A DNA stretch of 64,000 nucleotides from Candidatus Omnitrophota bacterium (GTDB taxonomy: Bacteria; Omnitrophota; Gorgyraeia; Zapsychrales; Zapsychraceae), in assembly GCA_029261065.1 (NCBI GenBank), contig JAJDCB010000026.1:18715-82714 (forward strand). Reading direction: 5' to 3'. Numbering within the stretch: position 1 is the first letter of the stretch; every line of letters begins with the position of its first letter. Shown piece by piece: positions 52,708-63,626 of this stretch. Made by a program: the position numbers and the translations under genes. The notes beneath the pieces were generated by a model. It did no database searches. It was not told the DNA's origin and saw nothing but the letters and a program-made list of their open reading frames with translations.

Positions 52708-53486
52708 TGCAAAATGTAGATTATTTTTTTGATCATGAAAACGAATTTAAAAAAGTTATTACACAAAAAGAACCTCTCATCTTTTTGGACTACGATGGAA
52801 CTCTCACACCCATTGTTGACACACCTGATTTGGCAATCCTCACAGATGAAATGAGAGATCTCATTTCTGAAATTTCAAAACGATACAAAACGGCCATTGT
52901 TAGTGGAAGAGCAACGGATGATGTTAAGAAAAAAGTTGCTATCGAAAACATTTTTTATGCGGGAAGTCATGGTTTTGAAATTATTACCCCCCAAGGACAC
53001 ATTGAAATTAATAAAGAAGCAAACGCAATAAAGCCTAGAATAGACCGTATTTATGAGGAATTAAAGGCTGCATTAAAAGATGTTAAAGGCTCGTTAGTTG
53101 AGCATGTCAAATATACGGTTTCTCTTCATTATCGTTTGGTCTCTGACGAAGATTTTCCTACCTTTAAAACGTTAGCTCTAAAAGTATTAAACTCCTACCC
53201 TGAGTTAAGAATAACAGAAGGGAAAAAAGTTTTTGAGATACGGCCCGATATTGATTGGAATAAGGGAAGGGCTGTGGAGTGGATTCTTTCAACACTAAAG
53301 TTTGACACAAATAAAAATGTCGTTTTGTATGTTGGAGACGATACAACCGATGAGGATGCATTTAAGGCGATTAAGAATTACGGATATGGCCTTTTAGTTT
53401 CTGAGACTAACCGTGAAACAGCGGCAAAATATTTTTTGAAAGATACTCGAGACGTTAAGCGATTTTTAAATTTTCTAATAGATTGA
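52695..53486 (+). CDS. otsB: Trehalose-6-phosphate phosphatase (HAD IIB)
   Basis: FLDYDGTLTPIV...YVGDDTTDEDAF motifs. Confidence 0.75.
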   Translation: MVKLMQNVDYFFDHENEFKKVITQKEPLIFLDYDGTLTPIVDTPDLAILTDEMRDLISEISKRYKTAIVSGRATDDVKKKVAIENIFYAGSHGFEIITPQGHIEINKEANAIKPRIDRIYEELKAALKDVKGSLVEHVKYTVSLHYRLVSDEDFPTFKTLALKVLNSYPELRITEGKKVFEIRPDIDWNKGRAVEWILSTLKFDTNKNVVLYVGDDTTDEDAFKAIKNYGYGLLVSETNRETAAKYFLKDTRDVKRFLNFLID

Positions 53487-53493
53487 AAACTCT

Positions 53494-55929
53494 ATGAATC
53501 CCTGGAAATTAATATACAACAAATTTGATCCCGAAAAAGAAAGTCTACGGGAAACTCTGTGTACTTTGGGTAATGGTTATTTTGGCACAAGAGGGGCTGT
53601 GGCCGAAACACCTGTGAGCAAAGTTCATTATCCAGGGACTTATATTGCGGGGGTTTACAATGCTTTAGACACAGATATTGCTAGCCGAACAATTAGTAAT
53701 GAAGATTTTGTAAACTGTCCTAATTGGCTGTTATTAAACTATCGTATTAACGACGGTCCTTGGTTTGATCGATCAAAGGTAAAAATTTTATCTTGGAAGC
53801 GTGAACTAAATATGAGAAAGGGAATTTTACTTTCGCGGTTACGCTGGAAGGATGAAGAAGGCAACATCACGTTGGTCGAGAATTGTCGAATGGTTAGTAT
53901 GTCTAATCCTCATTGTGGAGGCTTAAGGTGCACCTTCACACCTGAAAATTACAATGGCCAATTAACAATACGCAGTGGGATAGATGGCTTGATTTTAAAT
54001 GGTGGTGTTGAAAGGTATCGACAGTTAAATAATAAACATCTTCAGCCATCGTTATATGGAATTTTTGGCGAAGATGGCATTTATTTGCAGATGCAAACAG
54101 TACAATCAAAAATAAAGATATCAGAGGCGTTAAGAACTTTGGTGTATCGAGGACATGAGAGAATTTCCCCAAAACTTTCTGTTATTACGCATGGTCGACA
54201 AAGAATAATTCATGAATGTAAAATAGAGGTTGAAAAAGGCCATCGTTATTCCATTGAAAAATTAGTAAGCATTTATACATCAAGAGATCAGGGCGTTTTA
54301 GATAGCTCTACAGCTGCACAAGAAACAGCAGGTCAACTTGAGAATTTTGAAAGTCTTTTGTTACCTCATCAAGGAAAATGGAAAGCCTTGTGGAAACGAT
54401 TTGACATGGAAGTTCAAGGGGATCCTTTTGTGCAACAAGTTTTGCGTCTACATATATTTCATCTCCTGCAATCAGCATCAACGTATAACGAAGATATTGA
54501 CGCTGGAATGCCGGTAAGAGGTCTTCATGGCGAGGCGTATCGGGGACATATTTTTTGGGATGAGTTATACGTATTTCCTTTTTACAATCTTCATGCTCCA
54601 GAAACAACAAGAGCGTTGTTGATGTACCGATACCGTCGATTAATGGCAGCTAAAGAAAATGCCAAGCAAAATGGTTTTAAAGGTGCAATGTATCCGTGGC
54701 AGACCGCATCGACGGGAGAAGAAACAACTCAAGTGATTCATATTAATCCCATTTCTGGTACATGGGGTCCTGATTATAGTTCATTACAAAGACATGTGTC
54801 TTTGGCCGTCGCTTATAACGTGTGGAATTATTATTATTTATCAGGTGACCGTGATTTTATGGATCGTTATGGGGCTGAGATGATTATTGAGATATCTCAT
54901 TTTTGGTCAAGCATCGCTAAATGGAATCCAAAAACAGAACGATATGATATTGATGGTGTTATGGGCCCAGATGAGTTTCATGAGAAATATCCAGCGGCAA
55001 ATCGAGGAGGATTAAAAAATAACGCCTATTCAAATGTTATGGCCGTATGGGTATTTAAAAAGGCTTTATACATTCTAGAGGAGATGATGAACGCAGAAGA
55101 TAAAAATGCGTTGTTACTGAAGTGTGAGATTTCAGAAACGGAGGTTGAGCGATGGAAAGATATTGTCACGAAAATTGCTATCCCTATGGATAAGTCGGGA
55201 CTCATTCATCAGTTTGAAGGATATATGGATCTTGAGGAGTTAAACTGGGAGGAGTATCGTCAGAAATATGAAAACATTCATCGGATCGATCGCATTTTAA
55301 AGGCAGAAGGTCTTTCTCCGGATAGTTTTAAGGTTGCCAAACAAGCAGATGTGTTGATGTTGTTTTACGTGCTAAATAAAGATGAAGTCAAAGACATATT
55401 TAAAAAAGCAGGTTACCCGTATTCAAAAAATTTATTAAAGAAAAACTTTGAGTACTATTTTCCACGGACATCTCATGGGTCAACATTAAGTATGGCCGTT
55501 CATGCATATCTAGCAGAGATGTTAAACAAAAAAGAGGAAGCTCTTGGCTATTTTATGGAAACGCTTAAAAGTGACATCTTTGATACTCAAGGAGGAACGA
55601 CCCAAGAAGGTATTCATGCTGGCGTTATGGGCGCGTCTCTCGATTTATTTTTACGTAACTATGCTGGTCTTTCCGTTTTAGATGATCGCATTAGTTTAAA
55701 TCCTAAGTTGCCAGATAAGTGGGAGAGCGTAAAGTTTAGTGTAAGATTTAAAAATATTTGGTTTAGTATTAAGATTAATAAAGATAATTTAAGTATCCTG
55801 GCCGAGCCTCTGCAAGAGACTGGTTTTCAAGCAAATTCAAAAATCCCAATAGAAATTAGAAAAAAAATTCATCACATTCTTCCTGGAAAACCTTACAACA
55901 TTTCTACACGAACATTGTTTCTCATTTAA
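53494..55929 (+). CDS. GH65-family disaccharide phosphorylase (trehalose/kojibiose/trehalose-6-P phosphorylase type)
   Basis: 811 aa: N-terminal beta-sandwich, (alpha/alpha)6 catalytic core, and the family's general-acid Glu context. Confidence 0.85.
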   Translation: MNPWKLIYNKFDPEKESLRETLCTLGNGYFGTRGAVAETPVSKVHYPGTYIAGVYNALDTDIASRTISNEDFVNCPNWLLLNYRINDGPWFDRSKVKILSWKRELNMRKGILLSRLRWKDEEGNITLVENCRMVSMSNPHCGGLRCTFTPENYNGQLTIRSGIDGLILNGGVERYRQLNNKHLQPSLYGIFGEDGIYLQMQTVQSKIKISEALRTLVYRGHERISPKLSVITHGRQRIIHECKIEVEKGHRYSIEKLVSIYTSRDQGVLDSSTAAQETAGQLENFESLLLPHQGKWKALWKRFDMEVQGDPFVQQVLRLHIFHLLQSASTYNEDIDAGMPVRGLHGEAYRGHIFWDELYVFPFYNLHAPETTRALLMYRYRRLMAAKENAKQNGFKGAMYPWQTASTGEETTQVIHINPISGTWGPDYSSLQRHVSLAVAYNVWNYYYLSGDRDFMDRYGAEMIIEISHFWSSIAKWNPKTERYDIDGVMGPDEFHEKYPAANRGGLKNNAYSNVMAVWVFKKALYILEEMMNAEDKNALLLKCEISETEVERWKDIVTKIAIPMDKSGLIHQFEGYMDLEELNWEEYRQKYENIHRIDRILKAEGLSPDSFKVAKQADVLMLFYVLNKDEVKDIFKKAGYPYSKNLLKKNFEYYFPRTSHGSTLSMAVHAYLAEMLNKKEEALGYFMETLKSDIFDTQGGTTQEGIHAGVMGASLDLFLRNYAGLSVLDDRISLNPKLPDKWESVKFSVRFKNIWFSIKINKDNLSILAEPLQETGFQANSKIPIEIRKKIHHILPGKPYNISTRTLFLI

Positions 55930-56003
55930 AGTTAAAAATATTTTTGAAATTTAATGAATTACACTTGTGCTAAATCTAATATCTGCTAAGATTTAAAATA
56001 ATC

Positions 56004-57134
56004 ATGAAAATACACGAATATCAAGCCACACAATTATTTAAAGAAGCAGGCCTTCCTGTTGTTAACGGTCGCGTTGCCACGGAGGTTTATGAAGCTGTGT
56101 TGATTGCCGAGGAAACAGGGTATCCTGTCGTTCTAAAATCACAGGTTTTGGTTGGCGGTCGCGGAAAAGCAGGCGGTATTAAAGTGGTTAAAGACAAACA
56201 GGAATTAGAGACAACTTTTAATGAATTAAAAAAGTTAGTTATTAAAGGGTACCCTGTTGAAAAAATTTTGGTTGTTAAAGCCATTGATATCAAGAAAGAG
56301 TTTTATGCTGCGATTACGGTTGATGGAGGGGCTGGGGATGTTGTTTTGATAGCTAGTGCAGAAGGTGGTGTTGAAATAGAGGAAACAGCTAAAACAAATC
56401 CAGACGCCATAAAAAAATATTATTTAAAAGGAAAAAAAGAGCTAGATTCAACCCGTTGGCCGGCGTTTATTTCGTCCGTATTTTCAGAGGAGGAATTGCA
56501 AAATGCAGGGACAAAGGTTTTTGAAAGTTTGATTTCTGTGTTTTTTGAAAATGATTGTTCTATCGCAGAGATAAACCCTTTGGTGATAGATGGCAATGGC
56601 GATATTTTAGCGGCTGATGCCAAAATCAATTTTGATGACAACGCGCTTGATCGACATGAGGGTTTAGAGGCTATGCGCGACATGGCCTATGAGGATGCTG
56701 ATGAACTTGAGGCTAAAGAGAAAAATTTAAGTTTTGTTAAGTTGGAAGGTAATGTTGGTTGCATCGTAAACGGCGCAGGACTGGCAATGGCCACGATGGA
56801 TATTATTAAAATTTGCGGAGGACAGCCAGCCAACTTTCTCGACGTAGGTGGAAGTTCAAATCCCGAAAAAGTTTTAAATGCTTTAAAAATTATATTACGC
56901 AATAAAGATATCAAAGCAATCCTCATTAATATTTTTGGAGGAATCACAAGGTGTGATGATATTGCTAATGGAATTTTAGAAGCCAGAAAACAAATAGATT
57001 TGCCCGTGCCTTTAGTTGTGCGATTAACAGGGACCAACGAAAAAGAAGCGAAAGAAATATTAGCCCAAAACGATGTGACGACGTATTCAACGATGCGCGA
57101 AGCGGTTAACAAAGTTGTAGAACTATCTAAATAG
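56004..57134 (+). CDS. sucC: Succinyl-CoA synthetase beta subunit
   Basis: MKIHEYQATQLF...ATP-grasp. Confidence 0.9.
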   Translation: MKIHEYQATQLFKEAGLPVVNGRVATEVYEAVLIAEETGYPVVLKSQVLVGGRGKAGGIKVVKDKQELETTFNELKKLVIKGYPVEKILVVKAIDIKKEFYAAITVDGGAGDVVLIASAEGGVEIEETAKTNPDAIKKYYLKGKKELDSTRWPAFISSVFSEEELQNAGTKVFESLISVFFENDCSIAEINPLVIDGNGDILAADAKINFDDNALDRHEGLEAMRDMAYEDADELEAKEKNLSFVKLEGNVGCIVNGAGLAMATMDIIKICGGQPANFLDVGGSSNPEKVLNALKIILRNKDIKAILINIFGGITRCDDIANGILEARKQIDLPVPLVVRLTGTNEKEAKEILAQNDVTTYSTMREAVNKVVELSK

Positions 57135-57168
57135 TGGTTTGAACCCCAAAGGGGTATTAAGCAAACCT

Positions 57169-57195
57169 GGAATTTCGTTAAAGATTCGAAATTCC
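57169..57195. repeat. Hairpin related to repeat family A (GGAATTTCG-ttaaagatt-CGAAATTCC) in the sucC-sucD spacer
   Basis: Same 9-bp stem as family A with a different loop. Confidence 0.5.
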
Positions 57196-57213
57196 TAAAT
57201 AAAGGTTTACCTT

Positions 57214-58092
57214 ATGAGCATTATTATTGATCAAAGCACAAAACTATTAGTCCAGGGGATTACAGGTCGTGACGGTTCTTTTCATGCGAAACAGATGGTG
57301 GAATATGGAACGCAGGTCGTTGCTGGTGTTACGCCAGGTAAAGGTGGCCAAGATGTTCATGGCGTTTCGGTTTTTAATTCTGTGGCTGAAGCTAAGGAAG
57401 CAACCGAGGCCAATGCTGCTGTCATCTATGTTCCCGCTAGGTTTGCTAAAGATGCCATTTTAGAAGATATTGATGCAGGGATTGAACTTATTATTTGTAT
57501 TAGTGAAGGACTGCCCGTTTTGGATATGGTTGAAGTCACAAAGGCGATGGAAGGAAAAAATATTCGGCTTATTGGTCCTAATTGTCCTGGTGTTATTTCC
57601 CCGGGAAAATGTAAAGTGGGTATTATGCCTGGACACATCCACAAAGAAGGTCCGATTGGTGTTGTCTCAAGAAGTGGAACTCTGACTTATGAAGTTGTTT
57701 ATAATTTAACACTCAATGACATCGGCCAATCCAGTTGTGTGGGCCTTGGGGGAGATCCTATTATTGGAACACGCTTTATAGACGTGCTTGATATGTTTAT
57801 GAAGGATGAGCAAACTAAAGGTATTGTGATGGTTGGCGAGATAGGTGGCGAGGATGAGCAGTTAGCTGCAGAGTTTATTAAAAAGAACGTAACAAAACCG
57901 GTTGTTGGTTTTATTGCCGGTCGAACAGCCCCTCCTGGTAAACGCATGGGCCATGCAGGAGCCATTATTTCCTCCGGTGATAGCACGGCAGAAGCAAAAC
58001 GACAAATTTTGCAAGATGCTGGTGTTGAAGTTGTTGATATTCCCGATGAGATTCCAGCCCTTTTTAAACAAAAATTAAATGTTGGTGCGTAA
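57214..58092 (+). CDS. sucD: Succinyl-CoA synthetase alpha subunit
   Basis: Phospho-His loop MGHAGAII and CoA-binding Rossmann fold. Confidence 0.9.
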   Translation: MSIIIDQSTKLLVQGITGRDGSFHAKQMVEYGTQVVAGVTPGKGGQDVHGVSVFNSVAEAKEATEANAAVIYVPARFAKDAILEDIDAGIELIICISEGLPVLDMVEVTKAMEGKNIRLIGPNCPGVISPGKCKVGIMPGHIHKEGPIGVVSRSGTLTYEVVYNLTLNDIGQSSCVGLGGDPIIGTRFIDVLDMFMKDEQTKGIVMVGEIGGEDEQLAAEFIKKNVTKPVVGFIAGRTAPPGKRMGHAGAIISSGDSTAEAKRQILQDAGVEVVDIPDEIPALFKQKLNVGA

Positions 58093-58144
58093 ATACTGAC
58101 TTTGTTTTTGAACTATTCTTCAGTGACGATCACTTAAAAAATTT

Positions 58145-59248
58145 GTGAAAAGTAAACCTCTTAAAAATATATTTCTTTCCTCAATTCATCAAAATGCTGG
58201 AAAAACAACAATGTCTTTGGGGTTGTTTCGCGCCTTAAAAGATAAAAAGTTTAAAACAGCATTTATGAAACCGGTCGGTCAACAGGTTGTCAACGTTGGG
58301 GATATCAATGTGGATAAAGACACCTATCTTATTGGCGAGGTTTTTCGAGCTAACAAAAATTTAAGAGACATGAGCCCGATCACAATAGGACGAGGATACA
58401 CGGAAAAATATATTTTTAAACCACACAAAGATAAACTAAAAAATATTTTAGAGAAGTCTTTTAAAAAGTTAACTAAAGGAAAAGACGCCATTATTGTCGA
58501 GGGAACAGGGCATGCGGGGGTTGGTGCTGTTATTGATTTTTCTAATGCGGACGTCGCGCGTCTTCTTAATTCAAAAGCTATTATTATTAGTGGGGGCGGC
58601 ATTGGTAAGTGTATTGATGAGATTATGTTAAACAAGGCCTTGTTTGATTTAAACAACGTTGAAGTTTTAGGTGTTATCGTCAACAAAGTGATGCCAGAAA
58701 AATATGACAGAATAAAGAAGGCTCTTGCCTGTGGGTTAAAAAATAAGGGAGTGCGTCTGCTAGGTGTTATTCCTATCCAACCGTTACTTAGTGCTCCTAC
58801 AGTTAATCAAGTTATGAACCGGTTAAATTTAAAATTATTGTGTGGTAAAAAGGAAGTTAACAAAAGGGTCAAACATACCATTGTTGCTGCGATGGAACCT
58901 CACAATATGATTCATTACCTAAAAGATGGCACGTTGGTCATTACTTCAGGGGATCGAGTTGACAATATTTTGGCAGCTGTAAGTTCTCATTTGATTCGTG
59001 ATGGAAGAAGTTTTCAAATTGCCGGAATTATTCTTACTGGCGGCCTCATGCCTAATCCAAAAATTGTAGATTTATTAGAAAAAAGCCAAATCCCTATTCT
59101 TATTTCTGATCAGGACACGTACACCATTGCTGCAAAGTTGGAACATCTTATTTGTAAGATTCAAAAGACAGATAAAGACAAAATTGAAGAGGCGACACGG
59201 CTTGTCAAAAAATATGTGGATGTGGATACAATTCTTGCAAATGTTTAA
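58145..59248 (+). CDS. Phosphotransacetylase N-terminal-like protein (CobQ/BioD-type P-loop plus DRTGG domain), stand-alone
   Basis: NAGKTT P-loop. Resembles the regulatory N-terminal half of Pta. GTG start. Confidence 0.55.
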   Translation: MKSKPLKNIFLSSIHQNAGKTTMSLGLFRALKDKKFKTAFMKPVGQQVVNVGDINVDKDTYLIGEVFRANKNLRDMSPITIGRGYTEKYIFKPHKDKLKNILEKSFKKLTKGKDAIIVEGTGHAGVGAVIDFSNADVARLLNSKAIIISGGGIGKCIDEIMLNKALFDLNNVEVLGVIVNKVMPEKYDRIKKALACGLKNKGVRLLGVIPIQPLLSAPTVNQVMNRLNLKLLCGKKEVNKRVKHTIVAAMEPHNMIHYLKDGTLVITSGDRVDNILAAVSSHLIRDGRSFQIAGIILTGGLMPNPKIVDLLEKSQIPILISDQDTYTIAAKLEHLICKIQKTDKDKIEEATRLVKKYVDVDTILANV

Positions 59249-59408
59249 AAATGTCTGACGCCGTTAAATCAGAGAAAAATATATAATTTTCTATTGAGTT
59301 CTTGACAATACAATGTTATTATGCGAACTTAATTCTATACAAGATTACGTAACATAAACACGTTAACTCATTTGTTTCTAAAAAGTTAAGTCATTTTAGC
59401 AATAAACA

Positions 59409-60758
59409 ATGTCGCATTTTTCTATCAAAAAAGGAAAAAATTTAAAGATCAAAGGCTCTGTTTCCTATGAAACAGTAGACTTGCCCCTGCCTAAGCAAGT
59501 TGCCGTTATGCCTCCGAACTTTAAAGGATTAAAATCTCGACTCGCCGTCAAAGTTGATGACGTGGTTAAGGTTGGTTCTCCTGTTATTACCGATAAAAGT
59601 ATTGAAGGCCTTTTAGTTTCCTCTCCTGTTAGTGGAAAAGTTGTGGCCATAAATCGTGGTGCAAAAAGATCTTTGCTTGAAGTTGTTATCGAAACGGACA
59701 ATCTTCAAGAGACAATTTCGTTTTTAAACAGCCCTTCCTCGGATGCTTCATCATATAGTTCTGATCAAATAAAGAAAACAATGTTAGAAAGTGGGTTATG
59801 GGCTGTTTTACGCCAAAGACCATTTTCGAAAATAGCCAACCCTTCTGATAAACCGAAATCATTATTTATCCATGCTATGAACACAGAACCTCTTGCTGCG
59901 GACATTGACTATATAATGGAAGATAAAGATATAGAGTATCAATTTGGAATTGACATTTTAAAGAAGCTCGTTGGAGTCAATATTCATCAATGTATTGATG
60001 CTCAGTCAAAAGCAAAAGCATTGAAAGAGGCGAAAAACGTTGAAACGCATACATTTTCTGGCCCACATCCAGCGGGCAACATTGGGACTCACATTCATTG
60101 TGTTGATCCTATTGGAAAAGGTGATGTTGTTTGGTTTATTGAAGTTCAAGATGTTTTAAGAGTTGCGCAATTATTTCAAAAAGGCACATATCCCGTTGAG
60201 CGTACTGTTGCAATATCAGGAGAAGGCGCCAAAAATCGTGTTTATACAAAGACAATTGTTGGGACACCCTTATCGTCTTTACTTCAAGGAAGTGATCTTC
60301 AAAATATGCGCTGTATTTCAGGAAGTGTTTTAACGGGAAGAAATGTTGGTAAAAATGGCTATTTAGGGTTTTACGACTCACAAGTGACGATTATTCCTGA
60401 AGGTGGGAGTAGAAAACTTCTTGGTTGGCTTGTTCCAGGTTTTAACAATTATACATTTTCCAGAACTTATGCATCGGCCTTTACAGGAAAAAAAGATTTT
60501 TCTCTGGATGCGGATAAAAATGGAAGTGATCGTGCCATTGTTCTTAATCATCTTTATGATGAGTTAAATGCATTAGATATTATGACATATTTTTTATTGA
60601 AGTCTGTCATCTCAGAAGACATTGAAGAAAGTGAAAAGTTAGGCATTTTAGAATGCGATGAAGAAGATTTTGCTTTATGTACCTTTGCCTGCCCATCAAA
60701 GATAGACGTCGGTGGCATCATTCAAAGTGGGTTAGAAATAATTGAGAAAGAAGGGTAG
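59409..60758 (+). CDS. nqrA: Na+-translocating NADH:quinone oxidoreductase subunit A
   Basis: 449 aa, first gene of the nqrABCDE order. Confidence 0.9.
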   Translation: MSHFSIKKGKNLKIKGSVSYETVDLPLPKQVAVMPPNFKGLKSRLAVKVDDVVKVGSPVITDKSIEGLLVSSPVSGKVVAINRGAKRSLLEVVIETDNLQETISFLNSPSSDASSYSSDQIKKTMLESGLWAVLRQRPFSKIANPSDKPKSLFIHAMNTEPLAADIDYIMEDKDIEYQFGIDILKKLVGVNIHQCIDAQSKAKALKEAKNVETHTFSGPHPAGNIGTHIHCVDPIGKGDVVWFIEVQDVLRVAQLFQKGTYPVERTVAISGEGAKNRVYTKTIVGTPLSSLLQGSDLQNMRCISGSVLTGRNVGKNGYLGFYDSQVTIIPEGGSRKLLGWLVPGFNNYTFSRTYASAFTGKKDFSLDADKNGSDRAIVLNHLYDELNALDIMTYFLLKSVISEDIEESEKLGILECDEEDFALCTFACPSKIDVGGIIQSGLEIIEKEG

Positions 60759-60764
60759 TTTTTT

Positions 60765-61946
60765 ATGAAGTGGCTTGCAGATAAATCGAAACAATTAGAA
60801 AAACTTTTTGAGAAAGGTAAACCTCTCGAAAAGTTTTATCCGTTGTTTGAAGCTTTAGATACCTTTTTATTGACCCCTGGTCAAACAACAAAAAAAGCGC
60901 CGCACGTTCGTGATTCTGTTGATATCAAACGTGTCATGATTTTTGTCGTTGTGGCATTGATCCCTTGTATCATTATGGGTATTTATAACACGGGCCGTCA
61001 AATCCTTTTAGCCAAAGGTCTTCCTCTTGAGTGTGGGGCGGCGATGTTCGAAGGGGCTCTTAAAGTTTTACCTATTATAATTGTGACATATGCTGTCGGT
61101 GGGATGTGGGAAGGTTTGTTTTCGACGATTCGTAAGCATGAGATTAATGAAGGATTTTTGGTCACTGGAATTTTATTTGCCCTTACATTACCTCCAACTA
61201 CTCCTTTGTGGCAGGTCGCTGTTGGGATATCATTTGGTGTTGTTATCGGAAAAGAAATTTTTGGAGGGACAGGCTTTAATGTTTTAAATCCAGCCTTAAC
61301 GGCGCGAGCCTTTATCTTTTTTGCTTATCCGGTTCAGATGTCTGGAGACATGGTCTGGGTTGCTGTCGATGGTTTTTCTCAAGCGACTCCTTTAGGAATC
61401 GTTGCAACGGCAGAGAGAGGAACGACGGCTGTCGCGGCGTTACAATCGGCCGGGTTTACCCTTAAAGATATGTTTGTAGGTTTTATTCCTGGATCCATTG
61501 GCGAAACATCAACAATAGCTTGTCTCTTAGGTTTGGGTTTTCTTTTGATTACGGGTGTGGCTAGTTGGCGGATTATCGCTGGATGTTTTCTTGGGTTAGG
61601 CGCCATGAGTTTTGTTTTTTCATTATTCAAAGGGCCAGACAGTCTTGTCTTCTTCTCGTTACCTGCCCATTGGCACATGGTGATGGGAGGATTTGCTTTT
61701 GGTTCGATCTTTATGGCAACGGATCCTGTTTCTTCAGCGGCAACAAACCCGGGACGGTGGATTTACGGATTCTTAATTGGGGTACTGGTTGTCCTAATAC
61801 GTATGGTCAATCCAGCTTATCCAGAAGGCGTTATGCTTGCGATTTTATTTATGAATGTCTTTGCTCCAACAATTGATCATTTTGTGGTTGAAACAAATGT
61901 TAAACGCAGAATGGCTCGAGCCACAACAGCAGAAATAAAAAGTTAA
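60765..61946 (+). CDS. nqrB: Na+-NQR subunit B
   Basis: Polytopic with FMN-attachment context. Operon position. Confidence 0.9.
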   Translation: MKWLADKSKQLEKLFEKGKPLEKFYPLFEALDTFLLTPGQTTKKAPHVRDSVDIKRVMIFVVVALIPCIIMGIYNTGRQILLAKGLPLECGAAMFEGALKVLPIIIVTYAVGGMWEGLFSTIRKHEINEGFLVTGILFALTLPPTTPLWQVAVGISFGVVIGKEIFGGTGFNVLNPALTARAFIFFAYPVQMSGDMVWVAVDGFSQATPLGIVATAERGTTAVAALQSAGFTLKDMFVGFIPGSIGETSTIACLLGLGFLLITGVASWRIIAGCFLGLGAMSFVFSLFKGPDSLVFFSLPAHWHMVMGGFAFGSIFMATDPVSSAATNPGRWIYGFLIGVLVVLIRMVNPAYPEGVMLAILFMNVFAPTIDHFVVETNVKRRMARATTAEIKS

Positions 61947-61960
61947 GGTTTTAAATAATT

Positions 61961-62719
61961 ATGGCGATGGATAAAAATAGCACAAAATATACCTTTATAT
62001 TCGCATTAATCGTTTGTGTGATTTGTAGTTTTCTTCTTTCTTTCGTGTCAGAAATGTTGCGAGACAAAAGAGAACTAAATGAAGCGTTAGACATCAAAAA
62101 AAATATTTTAAAAGCCGTTTCATTGCGAGAGCCTGTGGATGCTAAAGCAACGCCTGAGGAACTCCTTAAGGTTTATAGCGACAAAATTGAAGAAATCGTT
62201 ATTGATGGAGAAGGAAATAAGGTTGAAGGAGAAGTTGCAACCGAAGTGGAACGCGCCATCAAAGAAAGTCAGAATAATATTGTTCCCGCATCAGGCAAGG
62301 ATGCACGGTTTCCTCTGTATATTTATAAAGAAGGTGATGAGGTTGTCGCCTATTGTATTCCTATTATTGGTAAAGGACTTTGGTCAACGCTTTATGGATA
62401 TTTTGCTATTGAGCCCGATGCAAAGACGGTACGTGGCGTAACTTTTTATAAGCATGGTGAGACGCCAGGCTTGGGTGCGGAAATTGAAAAAGATTGGTTT
62501 TTAGATAATTATAAAGGTAAAAGCATTTGGGACGTTGATAAGTCGAATCTTTTCCCTGTTATTGTTAAAAAAGGAAAAGTTATTGAATCGGTGCAGAGCG
62601 AGAAAGATCATTACGTCGACGGCATTAGTGGTGCCACGATGACATCAAACGGTGTTACGGCTATGGTTGATGTGTGGTTAAATGCTTATGAAGTTTTCTT
62701 TTCAAAGATAAGAAAATAA
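61961..62719 (+). CDS. nqrC: Na+-NQR subunit C
   Basis: Single TM plus covalent-FMN motif SGATMTS. Confidence 0.9.
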   Translation: MAMDKNSTKYTFIFALIVCVICSFLLSFVSEMLRDKRELNEALDIKKNILKAVSLREPVDAKATPEELLKVYSDKIEEIVIDGEGNKVEGEVATEVERAIKESQNNIVPASGKDARFPLYIYKEGDEVVAYCIPIIGKGLWSTLYGYFAIEPDAKTVRGVTFYKHGETPGLGAEIEKDWFLDNYKGKSIWDVDKSNLFPVIVKKGKVIESVQSEKDHYVDGISGATMTSNGVTAMVDVWLNAYEVFFSKIRK

Positions 62720-62744
62720 GAAGTTTTTTTAGGAGGTTTATATT

Positions 62745-63377
62745 ATGCCAGCAGTTCTAACAAAACAAGATCGCAAATTAGTAAAAGACGCTTTGTGGGA
62801 TAATAACCCCGTCACGTTACAAGTGTTAGGGATCTGTTCTGCTTTGGCTGTAACCGTGCAATTAAAAACGGCCTTGGTTATGTGTGGGGCTCTAACGTTT
62901 GTTCTTACGTTATCCAATGTCAGCATTTCGTTATTAAGAAATTTTATTCCTTCAAAGATACGTATTATTGTCGAGTTATCTATAATTTCTTCGCTTGTTA
63001 TTTTGGCAGATCAATTTTTAAAAGCGTACATGTTTGAAGTGAGCAAAGCTTTAAGTGTTTTTGTTGGATTGATTATTACAAATTGTATTGTTATGGGACG
63101 AGCGGAAGCTTTTGCCATGGCCAATGGTCCTTGGAAATCATTTATGGATGGCCTTGGAAATGCTCTTGGTTATAGTGCTGTTTTGATTTTGGTAGCTATT
63201 CCACGTGAGCTTCTTGGTTCAGGATCATTGTTGGGATTTAAACTTATTCCAGATGCGATGTATGAGGCCGGATATGTTGACTGCGGTATGATGGTGTTGG
63301 CTCCCGGAGCTTTTTTCTTATTAGGTATTATTATATGGATTCAAAGAGCCATTAGTGGTTATAGCGAAGCTAATTAA
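62745..63377 (+). CDS. nqrD: Na+-NQR subunit D
   Basis: 210-aa polytopic protein in the NqrD/RnfE family. Confidence 0.9.
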   Translation: MPAVLTKQDRKLVKDALWDNNPVTLQVLGICSALAVTVQLKTALVMCGALTFVLTLSNVSISLLRNFIPSKIRIIVELSIISSLVILADQFLKAYMFEVSKALSVFVGLIITNCIVMGRAEAFAMANGPWKSFMDGLGNALGYSAVLILVAIPRELLGSGSLLGFKLIPDAMYEAGYVDCGMMVLAPGAFFLLGIIIWIQRAISGYSEAN

Positions 63378-63626
63378 GGGTAGATTGTAGATTATATTGC
63401 TCACAAGAATTATCAAGATACAAGTAACAAGAAATCCGGCCGTTGGCCGGACCTCGGCATCACTGGATGCCGGGCAAAAAAGAAACAAAAATCAATGACC
63501 AAACAGTTTAGTATGTTTGATTATTAATAAATTTTTAATTGATGTTTGAATATTTTTTGTATCTTGTGTCTTGTAACTTGGTTATTCTTGCTGCGGTAAT
63601 TGTAATCTTTTAAAGGGAGTTGTCAT

